Assembly: GCA_005239635.1 (NCBI GenBank)
Contig: SBBQ01000039.1
Location: 19,299-83,298, forward strand
Source: Uliginosibacterium gangwonense
Lineage (GTDB): Bacteria > Pseudomonadota > Gammaproteobacteria > Burkholderiales > Rhodocyclaceae
Direction of reading: 5' to 3'
DNA length: 64,000 nt
Under the pieces are notes generated by a model that saw only the letters and a list, made by a program, of their open reading frames with translations, searched no databases and had not been told where the DNA came from. This document shows positions 45,417 through 54,853 of this stretch, piece by piece. The position numbers and the translations under genes were made by a program. Position 1 is the first letter of the stretch, and every line of letters starts with the position of its first letter.

Positions 45417-46091
45417 ATGAAACGCTATCAAACCGGAATTTTAGGACTGCTGCTGAGTGCCAGCTTGACGGGCTGCTTGACCACAACCCCACCCAGCATT
45501 GTGCAGCAGCCGATGACGGTTCGCCCTGAAAGCCGCCCTCAAGTAGTCGTGAACAACGGCGCGATTTTTCAGCCGGGAATTTCTCGTCCTTTATTTGAAG
45601 ATCGCCGTGCGCGCTATATCGGCGACACGCTGGTGATCGATATTGTTGAAAAAACCCAGGCGCAGAAAAAATCTTCTGCCGCCGCAGAGCGTACCCAGAC
45701 GATCGAAACTACGGTGCCGACGATACTGGGTGTGCCGGGTAAGGGTGCGCAAGGTTTGACGGTGAGCGTCGATTCATCGAATAAGTTTGCAGGCAAGGGC
45801 GATGCCGCAGCCAATAACGATTTCACTGGAACGATCACGGTGACGGTGATTGAGGTTTTACCCAATGGCAATTTGCTGGTTTCGGGTGAAAAGCAGATGG
45901 CCATCAATCAGGGCGAAGAGTTCATTCGCTTCTCGGGCGTGGTGAATCCGACCAACATCTCCACCTCGAATACAGTTAACTCAACTCAGGTGGCTGATGC
46001 ACGGATTGAATATCGCCAGAATGGCTATATCGATTCAGCCCAAGTGATGGGTTGGTTGGGCCGCTTCTTCCTAACATTCCTGCCATTCTGA
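45417..46091 (+). CDS. flgH: Flagellar L-ring lipoprotein FlgH
   Basis: Lipobox LTGC. IGDTLVIDIVEKTQA..ITVTVIEVLPNGNLLVSGEK. Confidence 0.94.
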   Translation: MKRYQTGILGLLLSASLTGCLTTTPPSIVQQPMTVRPESRPQVVVNNGAIFQPGISRPLFEDRRARYIGDTLVIDIVEKTQAQKKSSAAAERTQTIETTVPTILGVPGKGAQGLTVSVDSSNKFAGKGDAAANNDFTGTITVTVIEVLPNGNLLVSGEKQMAINQGEEFIRFSGVVNPTNISTSNTVNSTQVADARIEYRQNGYIDSAQVMGWLGRFFLTFLPF

Positions 46092-46100
46092 GGAGCTAAT

Positions 46101-47216
46101 ATGAACGCACAACTACGGATTTGGCGCGGGCTGTTAGGGTTGCTTGCAGCGCTGCTGCTTTGCCAATCGGCGCAGGCTGAGCGCCTAAAAGATCTCGCGG
46201 GTATTGGCGGTGTGCGGAACAACCAATTGCTGGGCTATGGCTTGGTCGTGGGTCTTGATGGCAGTGGTGACCAAACCACGCAAACGCCGTTTACCGTGCA
46301 GTCCATTATTAATATGTTGGGCACCTTGGGTGTGAGTATTCCGCCGGGTACCTCGCTGCAATTAAAAAACGTTGCGGCGGTAATGGTGACCGCAACGCTG
46401 CCGCCATTTGCACGCCAAGGCCAGCAAATTGATATCACAGTGTCGTCACTGGGTAATGCGAAGAGCTTGCGCGGCGGCACGCTGCTGATGACACCGTTGA
46501 AAGGTGCGGATGGCCAGATTTACGGCATGGCGCAGGGCAATGTGCTGGTAAGTGGGATTGGCGCACAAGCGGGGGGTTCATCTGTAACCGTGAACCAATT
46601 GTCCGTGGGTCGTGTGCCAGCGGGTGCCACGGTTGAGCGTTCAGTTGCCATGCCGGTAGGCGAAGGTGGTTCGCTCACGCTTGAGTTGAACAATAGTGAC
46701 TTTGGTACCGCGCAACGTATTGTTGAAGCGTTGAATCAAAATCTGGGCACCGGTACGGCGCGTGCGCTGGATGGTCGCAGTATTCAAGTACGCGCACCAA
46801 TTGATTCAGATGCACGTGTGGCCTTTATTGGTCGCCTGGAAAATATTGACGTGACACCGGCGCAGCCTTCTGCGCGTGTGATTGTGAATGCGCGTACCGG
46901 TTCGGTGGTGATGAACCAAGCGGTGACGATTGAGAACTGCGCAGTGGCTCATGGCAATTTGTCGGTCACTGTGAGCAGCGAGCCGGTGGTGAGCCAGCCG
47001 GGTGCATTGTCGAATGGGCAAACGGTGGTCACCGAGCGTAATCAGATTGATATTAAGCAAGAAGGCGGGGCGCTGATCAACTTGCCACGCGGTGCAAAGC
47101 TGGCTGAAGTGATTAAAGCGCTCAATGCGATTGGCGCTAAGCCCGGCGATTTGATCGCCATCTTGCAAGCCATGAAGGCCGCAGGTGCATTGCGCGCCGA
47201 GCTGGAGATCATCTAA
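46101..47216 (+). CDS. flgI: Flagellar P-ring protein FlgI
   Basis: Signal peptide. RLKDLAGIGGVRNNQLLGYGLVVGLDGSGD..LIAILQAMKAAGAL. Confidence 0.95.
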   Translation: MNAQLRIWRGLLGLLAALLLCQSAQAERLKDLAGIGGVRNNQLLGYGLVVGLDGSGDQTTQTPFTVQSIINMLGTLGVSIPPGTSLQLKNVAAVMVTATLPPFARQGQQIDITVSSLGNAKSLRGGTLLMTPLKGADGQIYGMAQGNVLVSGIGAQAGGSSVTVNQLSVGRVPAGATVERSVAMPVGEGGSLTLELNNSDFGTAQRIVEALNQNLGTGTARALDGRSIQVRAPIDSDARVAFIGRLENIDVTPAQPSARVIVNARTGSVVMNQAVTIENCAVAHGNLSVTVSSEPVVSQPGALSNGQTVVTERNQIDIKQEGGALINLPRGAKLAEVIKALNAIGAKPGDLIAILQAMKAAGALRAELEII

Positions 47217-48205
47217 TGCAACAATCGCTGGCAATTGATGGCGGTGGGCTCAGTCAGCTGAAGCGATTGGCGCATGACCAATCGCCAGACGCGTTAAAAG
47301 CCGCCTCCAAACAATTCGAAGCGCTTTTTCTGCAAATGGTCATGAAGGCCATGCGCGATGCCACCCCGCAAGATGGCATGTTTGATTCTGATAGCAGTCG
47401 CACCTACCGCGACATGCTGGATCAGCAGCTCACACAGTCACTGGCCGAACGTGGGGCCACGGGCTTGGCCGCCATGATTGAAAAGCAGTTGAGCCGTTCT
47501 GCTGCCGTGAGCGACCCGGACGCACCGCTCAAGCAACTCAATAGCAGTATTCCTTTTACAGGCGTGGGTGCGTTGCCTGGGGCATCGGCATCGGATGCGA
47601 ATTTGCCAATCAACAGTGGCAATGGAGCAAACAATAGTTCTCGCGTGGGTCGTGTTGGTAGCACGGGCGAGATTGCAGCTCGACCATTAGCGGATGCGAT
47701 TCAATCTGCCGCAGGAGCAACACAGGGCGTGCCGGCGGACGTGAAGGCATTTGTGCAAAAGGTGTACCCGCACGCTGTGCAAGCAGCGCAAGCAACGGGC
47801 ATTCCGGTGCAGTTCTTAATCGCTCAAGCGGCACTTGAAACTGGCTGGGGGAAAGGCGAAATTCGTCGTGCGGACGGTAGCCCTAGTTTCAACTTGTTTA
47901 ATATTAAGGCCGGTCGAAGCTGGCAGGGTGGCACGGTAGATACCATGACTACCGAGTTTGCCAATGGCCAGGCCAGCAAATCTGTTGAGCGTTTCCGTGC
48001 TTACAACTCGTATGGTGAGGCCTTTGCCGACTACGCGCGATTGATGCGTAGCCAACCGCGCTATTCAGAGGTGTTGAATCAAACCGACCCAGCAGGGTTT
48101 GCGCGCGCACTGCAAAGTTCCGGTTATGCAACCGACCCGGCCTACGCAGACAAACTGCAGCGCATTATTGGCAGTTCAGTATTACGTGCAGGTTTAACGG
48201 GGTAA
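47216..48205 (+). CDS. flgJ: Rod-cap / peptidoglycan hydrolase FlgJ
   Basis: TAATG overlap with flgI. N-terminal rod-binding region (FEALFLQMVMKAMRDA) plus a C-terminal glucosaminidase (LIAQAALETGWGK..YATDPAYADKL). Confidence 0.92.
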   Translation: MQQSLAIDGGGLSQLKRLAHDQSPDALKAASKQFEALFLQMVMKAMRDATPQDGMFDSDSSRTYRDMLDQQLTQSLAERGATGLAAMIEKQLSRSAAVSDPDAPLKQLNSSIPFTGVGALPGASASDANLPINSGNGANNSSRVGRVGSTGEIAARPLADAIQSAAGATQGVPADVKAFVQKVYPHAVQAAQATGIPVQFLIAQAALETGWGKGEIRRADGSPSFNLFNIKAGRSWQGGTVDTMTTEFANGQASKSVERFRAYNSYGEAFADYARLMRSQPRYSEVLNQTDPAGFARALQSSGYATDPAYADKLQRIIGSSVLRAGLTG

Positions 48206-48239
48206 AAGCCAAGGCTGGTAAGTGCGCGTTTGCCTTGCT

Positions 48240-49157
48240 TTAGGGCGCAAGATAGTGATCAAACGCAATGCCGTTTTTGCCCTCGTGCTTCACGCGATAC
48301 ATTAGGCGGTCAGCTTGTTTAATGAGTTCAACTTGATTAGGCAGCATATCGGCGTTTTGGCAGCAAATGACGCCGATTGAAAAGGTGATCGGCCATTCTT
48401 TTTTGCGCATGCACAGCAACATTGAGTGGCGCAGTTTTTCGAGTGCTCCGCGCGCACCATCAAGATTGGTGTCCGACAACAAGATGGCAAATTCGTCACC
48501 GCCGAGCCGCGCCGGAATATCGGTAGCACGTAACTGATGGCGCATTTCTGCGGCAACCGTGCTGAGCGCTTCATCCCCTGCGTGATGGCCAAAAAGATCA
48601 TTTAGTGGTTTGAAGTTGTCGAGGTCGACATAGGCAATGCAGAATGGGTGTAGGTCACGACGAAGTCGGTTGATCTCATGTTGCAGGTGTTCATAAAAAG
48701 CGCGTGAATTGGCTAGGCCGGTGAGGCTGTCTGTGAGCGCGTATCGGCGCGCGGCTTCGAGCGCCTCCTTCAGTGAGTTTTCGAGTTTCTTACGTTCGGA
48801 GACGTCACGTATCACACTGAGTGCGTAGCGCTCACCATCTAGGTTAACTGTGCGCAGCATGATGTCTACGGGAAAGAGTGCTCCCGTACTGCGCTGGCCG
48901 TTCAGGTCGATGCCTTGCCCCATTTGTCGCGTGCCTTGCTGAGTGAAAAAGGCTTTTAAATATGTGGCGTGGGTAGCATGCGCGCGTTGTGGCAATAAGA
49001 TCTCGAGCGGCCTGCCAATTAGGGTGGACGGTGTGTATTGAAACAACGTGTGAGCAATGGTGTTGGCGGCAATGAGTGTGCCGTGTGAATTAACCAACAA
49101 TGCCGCATCCGGCATGGTTTCAAGAAACTGCTGATAGTGAAATAGTTCGCTGCTCAC
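48240..49157 (-). CDS. PAS - GGDEF diguanylate cyclase
   Basis: GTG start. PAS domain (PDAALLVNSHGTLIAAN..VIRDVSERK). GGDEF domain (RLGGDEFAILL) with an I-site RATD 5 aa upstream. Convergent with flgJ and divergent from flgK. Confidence 0.85.
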   Translation of the reverse strand: MSSELFHYQQFLETMPDAALLVNSHGTLIAANTIAHTLFQYTPSTLIGRPLEILLPQRAHATHATYLKAFFTQQGTRQMGQGIDLNGQRSTGALFPVDIMLRTVNLDGERYALSVIRDVSERKKLENSLKEALEAARRYALTDSLTGLANSRAFYEHLQHEINRLRRDLHPFCIAYVDLDNFKPLNDLFGHHAGDEALSTVAAEMRHQLRATDIPARLGGDEFAILLSDTNLDGARGALEKLRHSMLLCMRKKEWPITFSIGVICCQNADMLPNQVELIKQADRLMYRVKHEGKNGIAFDHYLAP

Positions 49158-49258
49158 GTTCCGCCCTTTTTGACCTAATGGTTGTTATGTTGGGTGGTGC
49201 TTTTCTTGCTCTGGCGTATTCAGTGTTGGATTCGATTGGCAAAAGACGATATATGACG

Positions 49259-49276
49259 TCGTAATGTACATTACGA
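49259..49276. repeat. 18-bp perfect palindrome TCGTAATGTACATTACGA in the PAS-GGDEF / flgK divergent region
   Basis: Read directly. Its centre is about 110 nt upstream of the -24 element of the flgK sigma54 promoter. An adjacent 6-bp hairpin GGCATTaataAATGCC lies at 49280..49295. Confidence 0.7.
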
Positions 49277-49376
49277 TATGGCATTAATAAATGCCTATAT
49301 CCTTTCGGGTGGTTTGGGGGGTGGCGCCTATCTATTGAATTGGACGGTTTAATTCCCGCTTTTCTTAAGCTAAAGC

Positions 49377-49392
49377 TGGCACATGAATTGCT
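49377..49392 (+). promoter_or_regulatory. Candidate sigma54 promoter of flgKL
   Basis: TGGCACatgaaTTGCT matches the TGGCAC-N5-TTGCW consensus exactly. It ends 40 nt before flgK ATG 49433. Confidence 0.55.
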
Positions 49393-49432
49393 GTTAGAGG
49401 GTATCGGAATGATTCCCTTGAGGGGCAGCAAA

Positions 49433-51382
49433 ATGGGTCTGAGTGCATTGAATATCGGGATTTCTGGCTTAAATGCCGCGCAGATCGGGCTGGCTACGAC
49501 GAGCCATAACATTGCCAATGCCTCTACGCCCGGCTATAGCCGACAAACCGTGGTGCAGACCACGGTTGATCCTCAGTTTTCTGGCTCTGGCTATATGGGC
49601 CGTGGCGTGGCGGTACAAGATGTTCGCCGTAGCTATAGCGACTTTTTGAGCGCCCAGGTGCTGGCAGCGGATGCGCGTAGCAATGAGCTGACCACCTATA
49701 GCAGCCAAATTTCACAACTCGACAGCTTGTTGGCCGATACGCAAGCAGGTTTGTCACCGGCATTGAGTAGCTTTTTTAGTGCGGTGCAAGATCTTTCGGC
49801 AAACCCCTCGTCGGGTGCGGCGCGCCAATCACTCATTTCGTCCGGCAATGCGTTAGCTGCGCGTTTCAATGCCCTCGATTCTCGAATGGCTGAAATTAAT
49901 GACAACATTAGTCATGAAATTTCGCGTTCGGTGGATAGCATCAACACGCTTGCGGCACAAATTGCCGATCTCAACACGCGCATTGTTGCCGCTCAGGCAG
50001 GTTCTGCCGGTGTGCGTTTACCGAATGATTTGCTGGATCAGCGTGATGAGTTGATCGGTCAGTTAAATCAGCAGGTTCGCGTAACGACTTTGAAGGAAGA
50101 CAACGGCAACCTGAATGTCTTTATTGGCAATGGGCAGCCCATGGTGGTGGGCAGTAGTGCATTTAATCTAGTGGCCGTCGGCGGGCTCGAAGATGTTACG
50201 CGCACAGAGGTTGCCTATGCCAACAGCAATGGCACCACAACACGTCTGCAAGAGGGCTTGTTGAGCGGCGGAAGTCTTGGTGCATTGCTGAGCTTTCGTA
50301 CAGAGACTTTAGAGCCCGCGCGTAATAGTTTGGGACGAGTTGCGGTGGGTCTGGCTGATAGCTTTAATGATCAGCATCAGCTTGGGCAAGATCTCTTGGG
50401 TAATTTGGGCGGCCTGTTCTTTGCTGCGCCCTCATTGCGCGCCGTGGCAGGCACAACGAATAGCAGTGCCGCTGCAGCGCAAGTGAGTGTAACGCTGGGT
50501 TCGGTCGACAAGCTCACAACGAGTGATTACCGCTTGTCTTACGACGGCACAAATTACACCTTGTTGCGCTTGAGTGATAGCACGAGCTGGAGTGCGGCAA
50601 CCTTGTCTGGTGTGGCAACGGCCGCGGACCAAGGGTTCACTTTGTCGCAAAGTCCTGCGATGGCTTCGGGTGATACCTTCTTGGTACAGCCCACTCGCTT
50701 GGGCGCAGCTAACATGCGCGTTGCCATAACAGACCCGCGTTTAGTCGCTGCTGCTACACCCGTTCGCACTGCATCCACTTCTAGCAATACTGGCACGGGC
50801 GCTATTTCTGCCGGTTCGGTGAGCACCACAACGGGTTTGCCAATGGCGGCATCGCCGGGGGGTGATATCACCCTGACGTTTAACTCAGCGCTCAACCAAT
50901 TTACGGTAACTGGTGGCCCCGGCGGCACCTTGGCTTATAACCCGGCAACGGATTCTGCCGGCAAGACGTTTAACTTTGCCACCGTAGGCGGGTTTAGTTT
51001 CACGATGACAGGCACGCCTGCCAATGGCGATACATTTGTTATTCAAGCCAATGCCAGTGGCGTGGGTGATAACCGTAATGCACTTGCACTCGGCGGTCTG
51101 CAAACCGCCAAGATCTTGGCGGGTAGCACTGCAGGTTTGCAGACTGCATATTCGCAGTTGGTTTCCGACGTGGGCAATAAAGCGCGCGAAGTACAGGTTA
51201 CAGGCAAGGCACAAGAAACCTTGTTGTCATCTGCAAAAAGCGCACGCGACTCTGTCTCCGGCGTTAACTTGGATGACGAAGCCGCTAACTTGCTGCGCTA
51301 CCAACAAGCGTATCAAGCCAGTGCCAAGACCATTCAAATTGCAGAGCAAGTTTTCCAATCCATCCTCGCGTTGGGTAATTGA
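49433..51382 (+). CDS. flgK: Hook-filament junction protein FlgK
   Basis: ATG 49433 follows SD gagggg. MGLSALNIGISGLNAAQIGLATTSHNIANASTPGYSRQ..LLRYQQAYQASAKTIQIAEQVFQSIL. The ORF-track start at 49340 is an extension. Confidence 0.93.
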   Translation: MGLSALNIGISGLNAAQIGLATTSHNIANASTPGYSRQTVVQTTVDPQFSGSGYMGRGVAVQDVRRSYSDFLSAQVLAADARSNELTTYSSQISQLDSLLADTQAGLSPALSSFFSAVQDLSANPSSGAARQSLISSGNALAARFNALDSRMAEINDNISHEISRSVDSINTLAAQIADLNTRIVAAQAGSAGVRLPNDLLDQRDELIGQLNQQVRVTTLKEDNGNLNVFIGNGQPMVVGSSAFNLVAVGGLEDVTRTEVAYANSNGTTTRLQEGLLSGGSLGALLSFRTETLEPARNSLGRVAVGLADSFNDQHQLGQDLLGNLGGLFFAAPSLRAVAGTTNSSAAAAQVSVTLGSVDKLTTSDYRLSYDGTNYTLLRLSDSTSWSAATLSGVATAADQGFTLSQSPAMASGDTFLVQPTRLGAANMRVAITDPRLVAAATPVRTASTSSNTGTGAISAGSVSTTTGLPMAASPGGDITLTFNSALNQFTVTGGPGGTLAYNPATDSAGKTFNFATVGGFSFTMTGTPANGDTFVIQANASGVGDNRNALALGGLQTAKILAGSTAGLQTAYSQLVSDVGNKAREVQVTGKAQETLLSSAKSARDSVSGVNLDDEAANLLRYQQAYQASAKTIQIAEQVFQSILALGN

Positions 51383-51399
51383 TTTAAGGGGTCATTGAA

Positions 51400-52308
51400 A
51401 TGATGCGCATCTCAACTGGCATGGTGTTTGATCTGGGCGTGGGCGCCATGCAACGCCAGAACTATGACCTACTTAAAGTACAGCAACAGATTGCCAACAA
51501 CCGGCGCATTGTTACGCCAGCGGACGATCCGGTTGGCGCAGCACGTGCATTGGAAGTGCAGCAATCCAAAGATGTAGTGGATCAATACAGCGTGAATCAA
51601 AAAGCCGCGACGAGTGCGTTGCAAGAACTGGATGCGCAACTTTCTTCGGTTACGGATGCGCTGCAAGAAGCACGTGCCACGGCAGTCAACGCCGCCAATG
51701 GCGCGCTGACCAATTCAGATCGAACTTCATTGGCGCAACATCTACGGGCTTCGTATGATCAATTGCTGTCATTGGCAAATGCGAAAGATGGCGCCGGAAA
51801 TTACATGTTCTCCGGCTACAAAACAGACACCAAGCCTTACACAGCGGTGATTGGTGGCGCAGTCACATATAACGGTGATGAGGGGGTGCGCCAATTACAA
51901 ACCGCACCTTCGCGTAACACCACAACTTCGGCCGCCGGCCCAGATGCGTTTGAAGGAATGTTTGAAACCTTGGGCGCACTGGTAACAGCGCTTGAAACAC
52001 CGATTGTGGGGAGTGGCAATGCGGCTGCGGTGAGCGCGGTAACAACAGCGCTTGAAGGCATGGATACCTCATTGAATCGTGTGATGACGGTACGTTCCAT
52101 GGCGGGGAGTCAATTGAATGAGCTGAATGCGCTCTCAAACCTCACCACAAGTTTATCGAACGACTATGCAGGCACCTTGTCGAGCATTCAAGATCTGGAT
52201 CTGGCCTCGGCAATTAGTCAGTTATCACAGCATCAGTTGAACTTGCAGGCGGCACAGCAGAGCTTTAGCCGCATTAGCAATTTGTCTCTCTTTAACGTGT
52301 TGTCTTGA
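51400..52308 (+). CDS. flgL: Hook-filament junction protein FlgL
   Basis: MRISTGMVFDLGVGAMQRQ..flagellin-like N and C termini (LQAAQQSFSRISNLSLFNVL). Confidence 0.9.
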   Translation: MMRISTGMVFDLGVGAMQRQNYDLLKVQQQIANNRRIVTPADDPVGAARALEVQQSKDVVDQYSVNQKAATSALQELDAQLSSVTDALQEARATAVNAANGALTNSDRTSLAQHLRASYDQLLSLANAKDGAGNYMFSGYKTDTKPYTAVIGGAVTYNGDEGVRQLQTAPSRNTTTSAAGPDAFEGMFETLGALVTALETPIVGSGNAAAVSAVTTALEGMDTSLNRVMTVRSMAGSQLNELNALSNLTTSLSNDYAGTLSSIQDLDLASAISQLSQHQLNLQAAQQSFSRISNLSLFNVLS

Positions 52309-52324
52309 GTTGTTGGAGTTGGAT

Positions 52325-52786
52325 ATGCGAGCCCATCTCATGCAGAAGTTTGCGCTTTCCATGCTGATTGCCAACTTGGTCGGCTGCTCAAGTGTGTCGG
52401 GTACTTATCCGCGCCAAGGCGCCGTGATTCCCGATGCATCATTGAAGCTCACCACGAATCAAATCTGGAGTTTGGAAGATCTGATTGTGGTGGGTGGCGT
52501 CAGTTATGTGCTGTACAAAGTTATTGATCCGCTCGCGCCCAATTGGGACATCAGTGAAGCGCGACTCGCCGATGATCAAATTTTACTTACGATGAAAATG
52601 AAGCGCTTTTACACCGGTGGGGCAGGTGAGGCTCGACAAACATTTCAACGCCGCATTGAAACATTGGTGCGAGAGCGCGGTTATGCGGGCTATGAGATTC
52701 TGAGTTACAACGAATCTCTCGAGTCAGGTTTCGTACCGCAACGTAAGGGAGAGGGTGTTGTGCAGTTAGTGCGGGGCATGCAATAA
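52325..52786 (+). CDS. Predicted lipoprotein of unknown function, downstream of flgL
   Basis: ATG 52325 lies 6 nt after SD ggag. Signal peptide with lipobox MRAHLMQKFALSMLIANLVGC. I recognise no domain. The start is 17 nt after the flgL stop. Confidence 0.6.
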   Translation: MRAHLMQKFALSMLIANLVGCSSVSGTYPRQGAVIPDASLKLTTNQIWSLEDLIVVGGVSYVLYKVIDPLAPNWDISEARLADDQILLTMKMKRFYTGGAGEARQTFQRRIETLVRERGYAGYEILSYNESLESGFVPQRKGEGVVQLVRGMQ

Positions 52787-52857
52787 CAAACTAGCTACAC
52801 CCCACAGATCAAGCTGCCACACATTCCGTGGTTCAGCGCACTGACGGCAAGCGTCAG

Positions 52858-53637
52858 CTAAGGCGCGCCCATTGTGGCAAGCTGTCCGACCGCATTGAGC
52901 CCTTGTTCAAATACCCGCATAAAACCCGGTGATAAGAACGGCAATGATAGAAAAACCAAGCCAAAACCGACGGTAATGGTGACGGGGAAACCCACAGCAA
53001 ATAGGTTGAGTTGTGGTGCAGCGCGAGTCAATACGCCGAGCGCCAGATTCACAATGAGCAATGCCGTAATGATTGGCAAAGCCAACAGTAAGCCGGAAGA
53101 AAAAAGCGAAGCTCCCCAGCTTACGACTGCCGCAGCGTGTAATTGACTGCCAGAACCGACGGGCCACCAAGTGAAACTTTGCACCAAGAGCTGCAACAAC
53201 ATGAGATGGCCATCCATGCTCATGAAAATCAGCACGGCAAGAAATCCCAAGAACTGTGTGATGACAGAAACGCTGCCACCTGCGTTGGGATCATAGAATT
53301 GCGCGAACGATAAACCCATCTGAAGCCCAATCAGCTCACCCGCAAAATCAATCGCAGCAAATGCGATGCGCAGCGAGAATCCCATCGCAACACCAATTAA
53401 GATTTGCTGAATTAGCAGCAGCATGCCTTCCCAGCTGCCCGGTGAAATAGCGGGCATGGGCGGAAGTGCAGATGAAACGGCAACCGTTAGGGCAATGCCG
53501 AGTCCTAATTTAACTGTTCCGGGAACACCGGCCGTCGAGAAAACGGGTGAGGTCGCAATGAGCGCGAGAATACGCGCTAATGGGAAGAAAAAAGCGACAA
53601 GCCAAGCGTCGAGTTGCGTTGATGTGATGCTTAGCAT
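52858..53637 (-). CDS. fliR: Flagellar export gate protein FliR
   Basis: 259-aa polytopic protein: LDAWLVAFFFPLARILALIATSPVFS..GFPVTITVGFGLVFLSLP. Confidence 0.93.
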   Translation of the reverse strand: MLSITSTQLDAWLVAFFFPLARILALIATSPVFSTAGVPGTVKLGLGIALTVAVSSALPPMPAISPGSWEGMLLLIQQILIGVAMGFSLRIAFAAIDFAGELIGLQMGLSFAQFYDPNAGGSVSVITQFLGFLAVLIFMSMDGHLMLLQLLVQSFTWWPVGSGSQLHAAAVVSWGASLFSSGLLLALPIITALLIVNLALGVLTRAAPQLNLFAVGFPVTITVGFGLVFLSLPFLSPGFMRVFEQGLNAVGQLATMGAP

Positions 53638-53656
53638 GTCGCCCAGGGGAGGTCGT

Positions 53657-53686
53657 TACAAAAACGGGCCACGATACGGCGTGGCC
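53657..53686 (-). terminator. Rho-independent terminator between the CZB-MCP gene and fliR
   Basis: Minus strand reads GGCCACG-ccgtat-CGTGGCC then cgTTTTTgt. The T-run ends 19 nt before the fliR ATG. Confidence 0.65.
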
Positions 53687-53692
53687 TGTCCG

Positions 53693-54802
53693 TTATACCG
53701 TTACGTTGGATGACAGGTCAGCGACCATGCGATCCAACGAGTCTACAACTTGTAGGCTCGCGGCTTCCATCTTGCTCAGGCTGTTGGCGCTGTCATTCGG
53801 GCGTCCTGCGTTGAACTGCGAAACAGCATCGCGGCCCAGACGGTGGAATTCTTTGTGCGCGCTTTCCAAATTGGCATAACCATCCAGACCTGCAAAACGC
53901 GTGCGACCTTCGCCTTCGTAATACCAATGACCCAGACGGCAGTTGGTATGCGAACCAATTTCTTCTGGTGTCTTGCGGTTGGTACCGAAGAACACTTGGT
54001 ACACATCAAACTTGAAGACCAGATGATCAAGCTTTGCCAATTCAACAAAGCCGCGCAGTTGTGCGAGATCTGAAGAAGCGGAAATGCTATTTGTGAGGGT
54101 GGCGACTTCTTCCAAACGGCTGGCCGCACTATCGCCTTCGGTGGCAAAACGACCGGCTTGACCTGAGAGGTTCTCAATGCTGGACAGTGCAGATTCGGTG
54201 TCTGACTGAATTGACGTCAACAATTGACCAATTTCACTGGTGGCGGAAGTGGTGCGTTCGGCCAGTTTACGTACTTCGTCCGCAACCACCGCAAAACCAC
54301 GACCCGCTTCGCCTGCGCGAGCAGCTTCAATTGCCGCATTCAATGCCAGCAAGTTGGTTTGGTCGGCAATGTCTTTAATCAGCGCCAGAATGTCGCTAAT
54401 TTTTTGTGTGGAGGTGTTCAGGCCACGCACTTGTTCCATGGTGGAACGTGAATCGTTCGATAGCTCAGCCAAGTTGCTATTAAAAGCATTCATGGTGTTG
54501 CGGCTGGCATCGGTAATTTCGATGGAGCGGGCGGCGTCATCACGCTTAGATTCGAGCGTGCTGTTCATTTCGGCCAGGCCCTTTTGTGAAGTCAGCATGG
54601 ACTCGCCAAATTCGCCCAAGCTACGGCTCACCAGCTTCAGCGTGCCGACAAATTCTTCTGCTTCGTTCGTGCGTGTGCGCAGATCACGGGCTTCTTCTTC
54701 GAGTGCGTGATTTTCCTTGCGCAAGGTGGTGACTTCGCTCTTGAGTGTATGCAGTTGTTCCTCAAGTTCTTCTTCGCGCATTGATTTGCCAAACAAGCCC
54801 AT
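53693..54802 (-). CDS. Soluble MCP with a C-terminal chemoreceptor zinc-binding (CZB) domain (TlpD-like architecture)
   Basis: No TM segment. Coiled-coil N-terminus. Signalling hairpin [34 protein letters not shown] motif HLVF-x24-CRLGHW-x22-HKEFH. Confidence 0.88.
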   Translation of the reverse strand: MGLFGKSMREEELEEQLHTLKSEVTTLRKENHALEEEARDLRTRTNEAEEFVGTLKLVSRSLGEFGESMLTSQKGLAEMNSTLESKRDDAARSIEITDASRNTMNAFNSNLAELSNDSRSTMEQVRGLNTSTQKISDILALIKDIADQTNLLALNAAIEAARAGEAGRGFAVVADEVRKLAERTTSATSEIGQLLTSIQSDTESALSSIENLSGQAGRFATEGDSAASRLEEVATLTNSISASSDLAQLRGFVELAKLDHLVFKFDVYQVFFGTNRKTPEEIGSHTNCRLGHWYYEGEGRTRFAGLDGYANLESAHKEFHRLGRDAVSQFNAGRPNDSANSLSKMEAASLQVVDSLDRMVADLSSNVTV

Positions 54803-54853
54803 GTGAATCTCCTTGAATTTTATTCGGTGCCGCTAGAAAAGCTGCTCGCAGGT

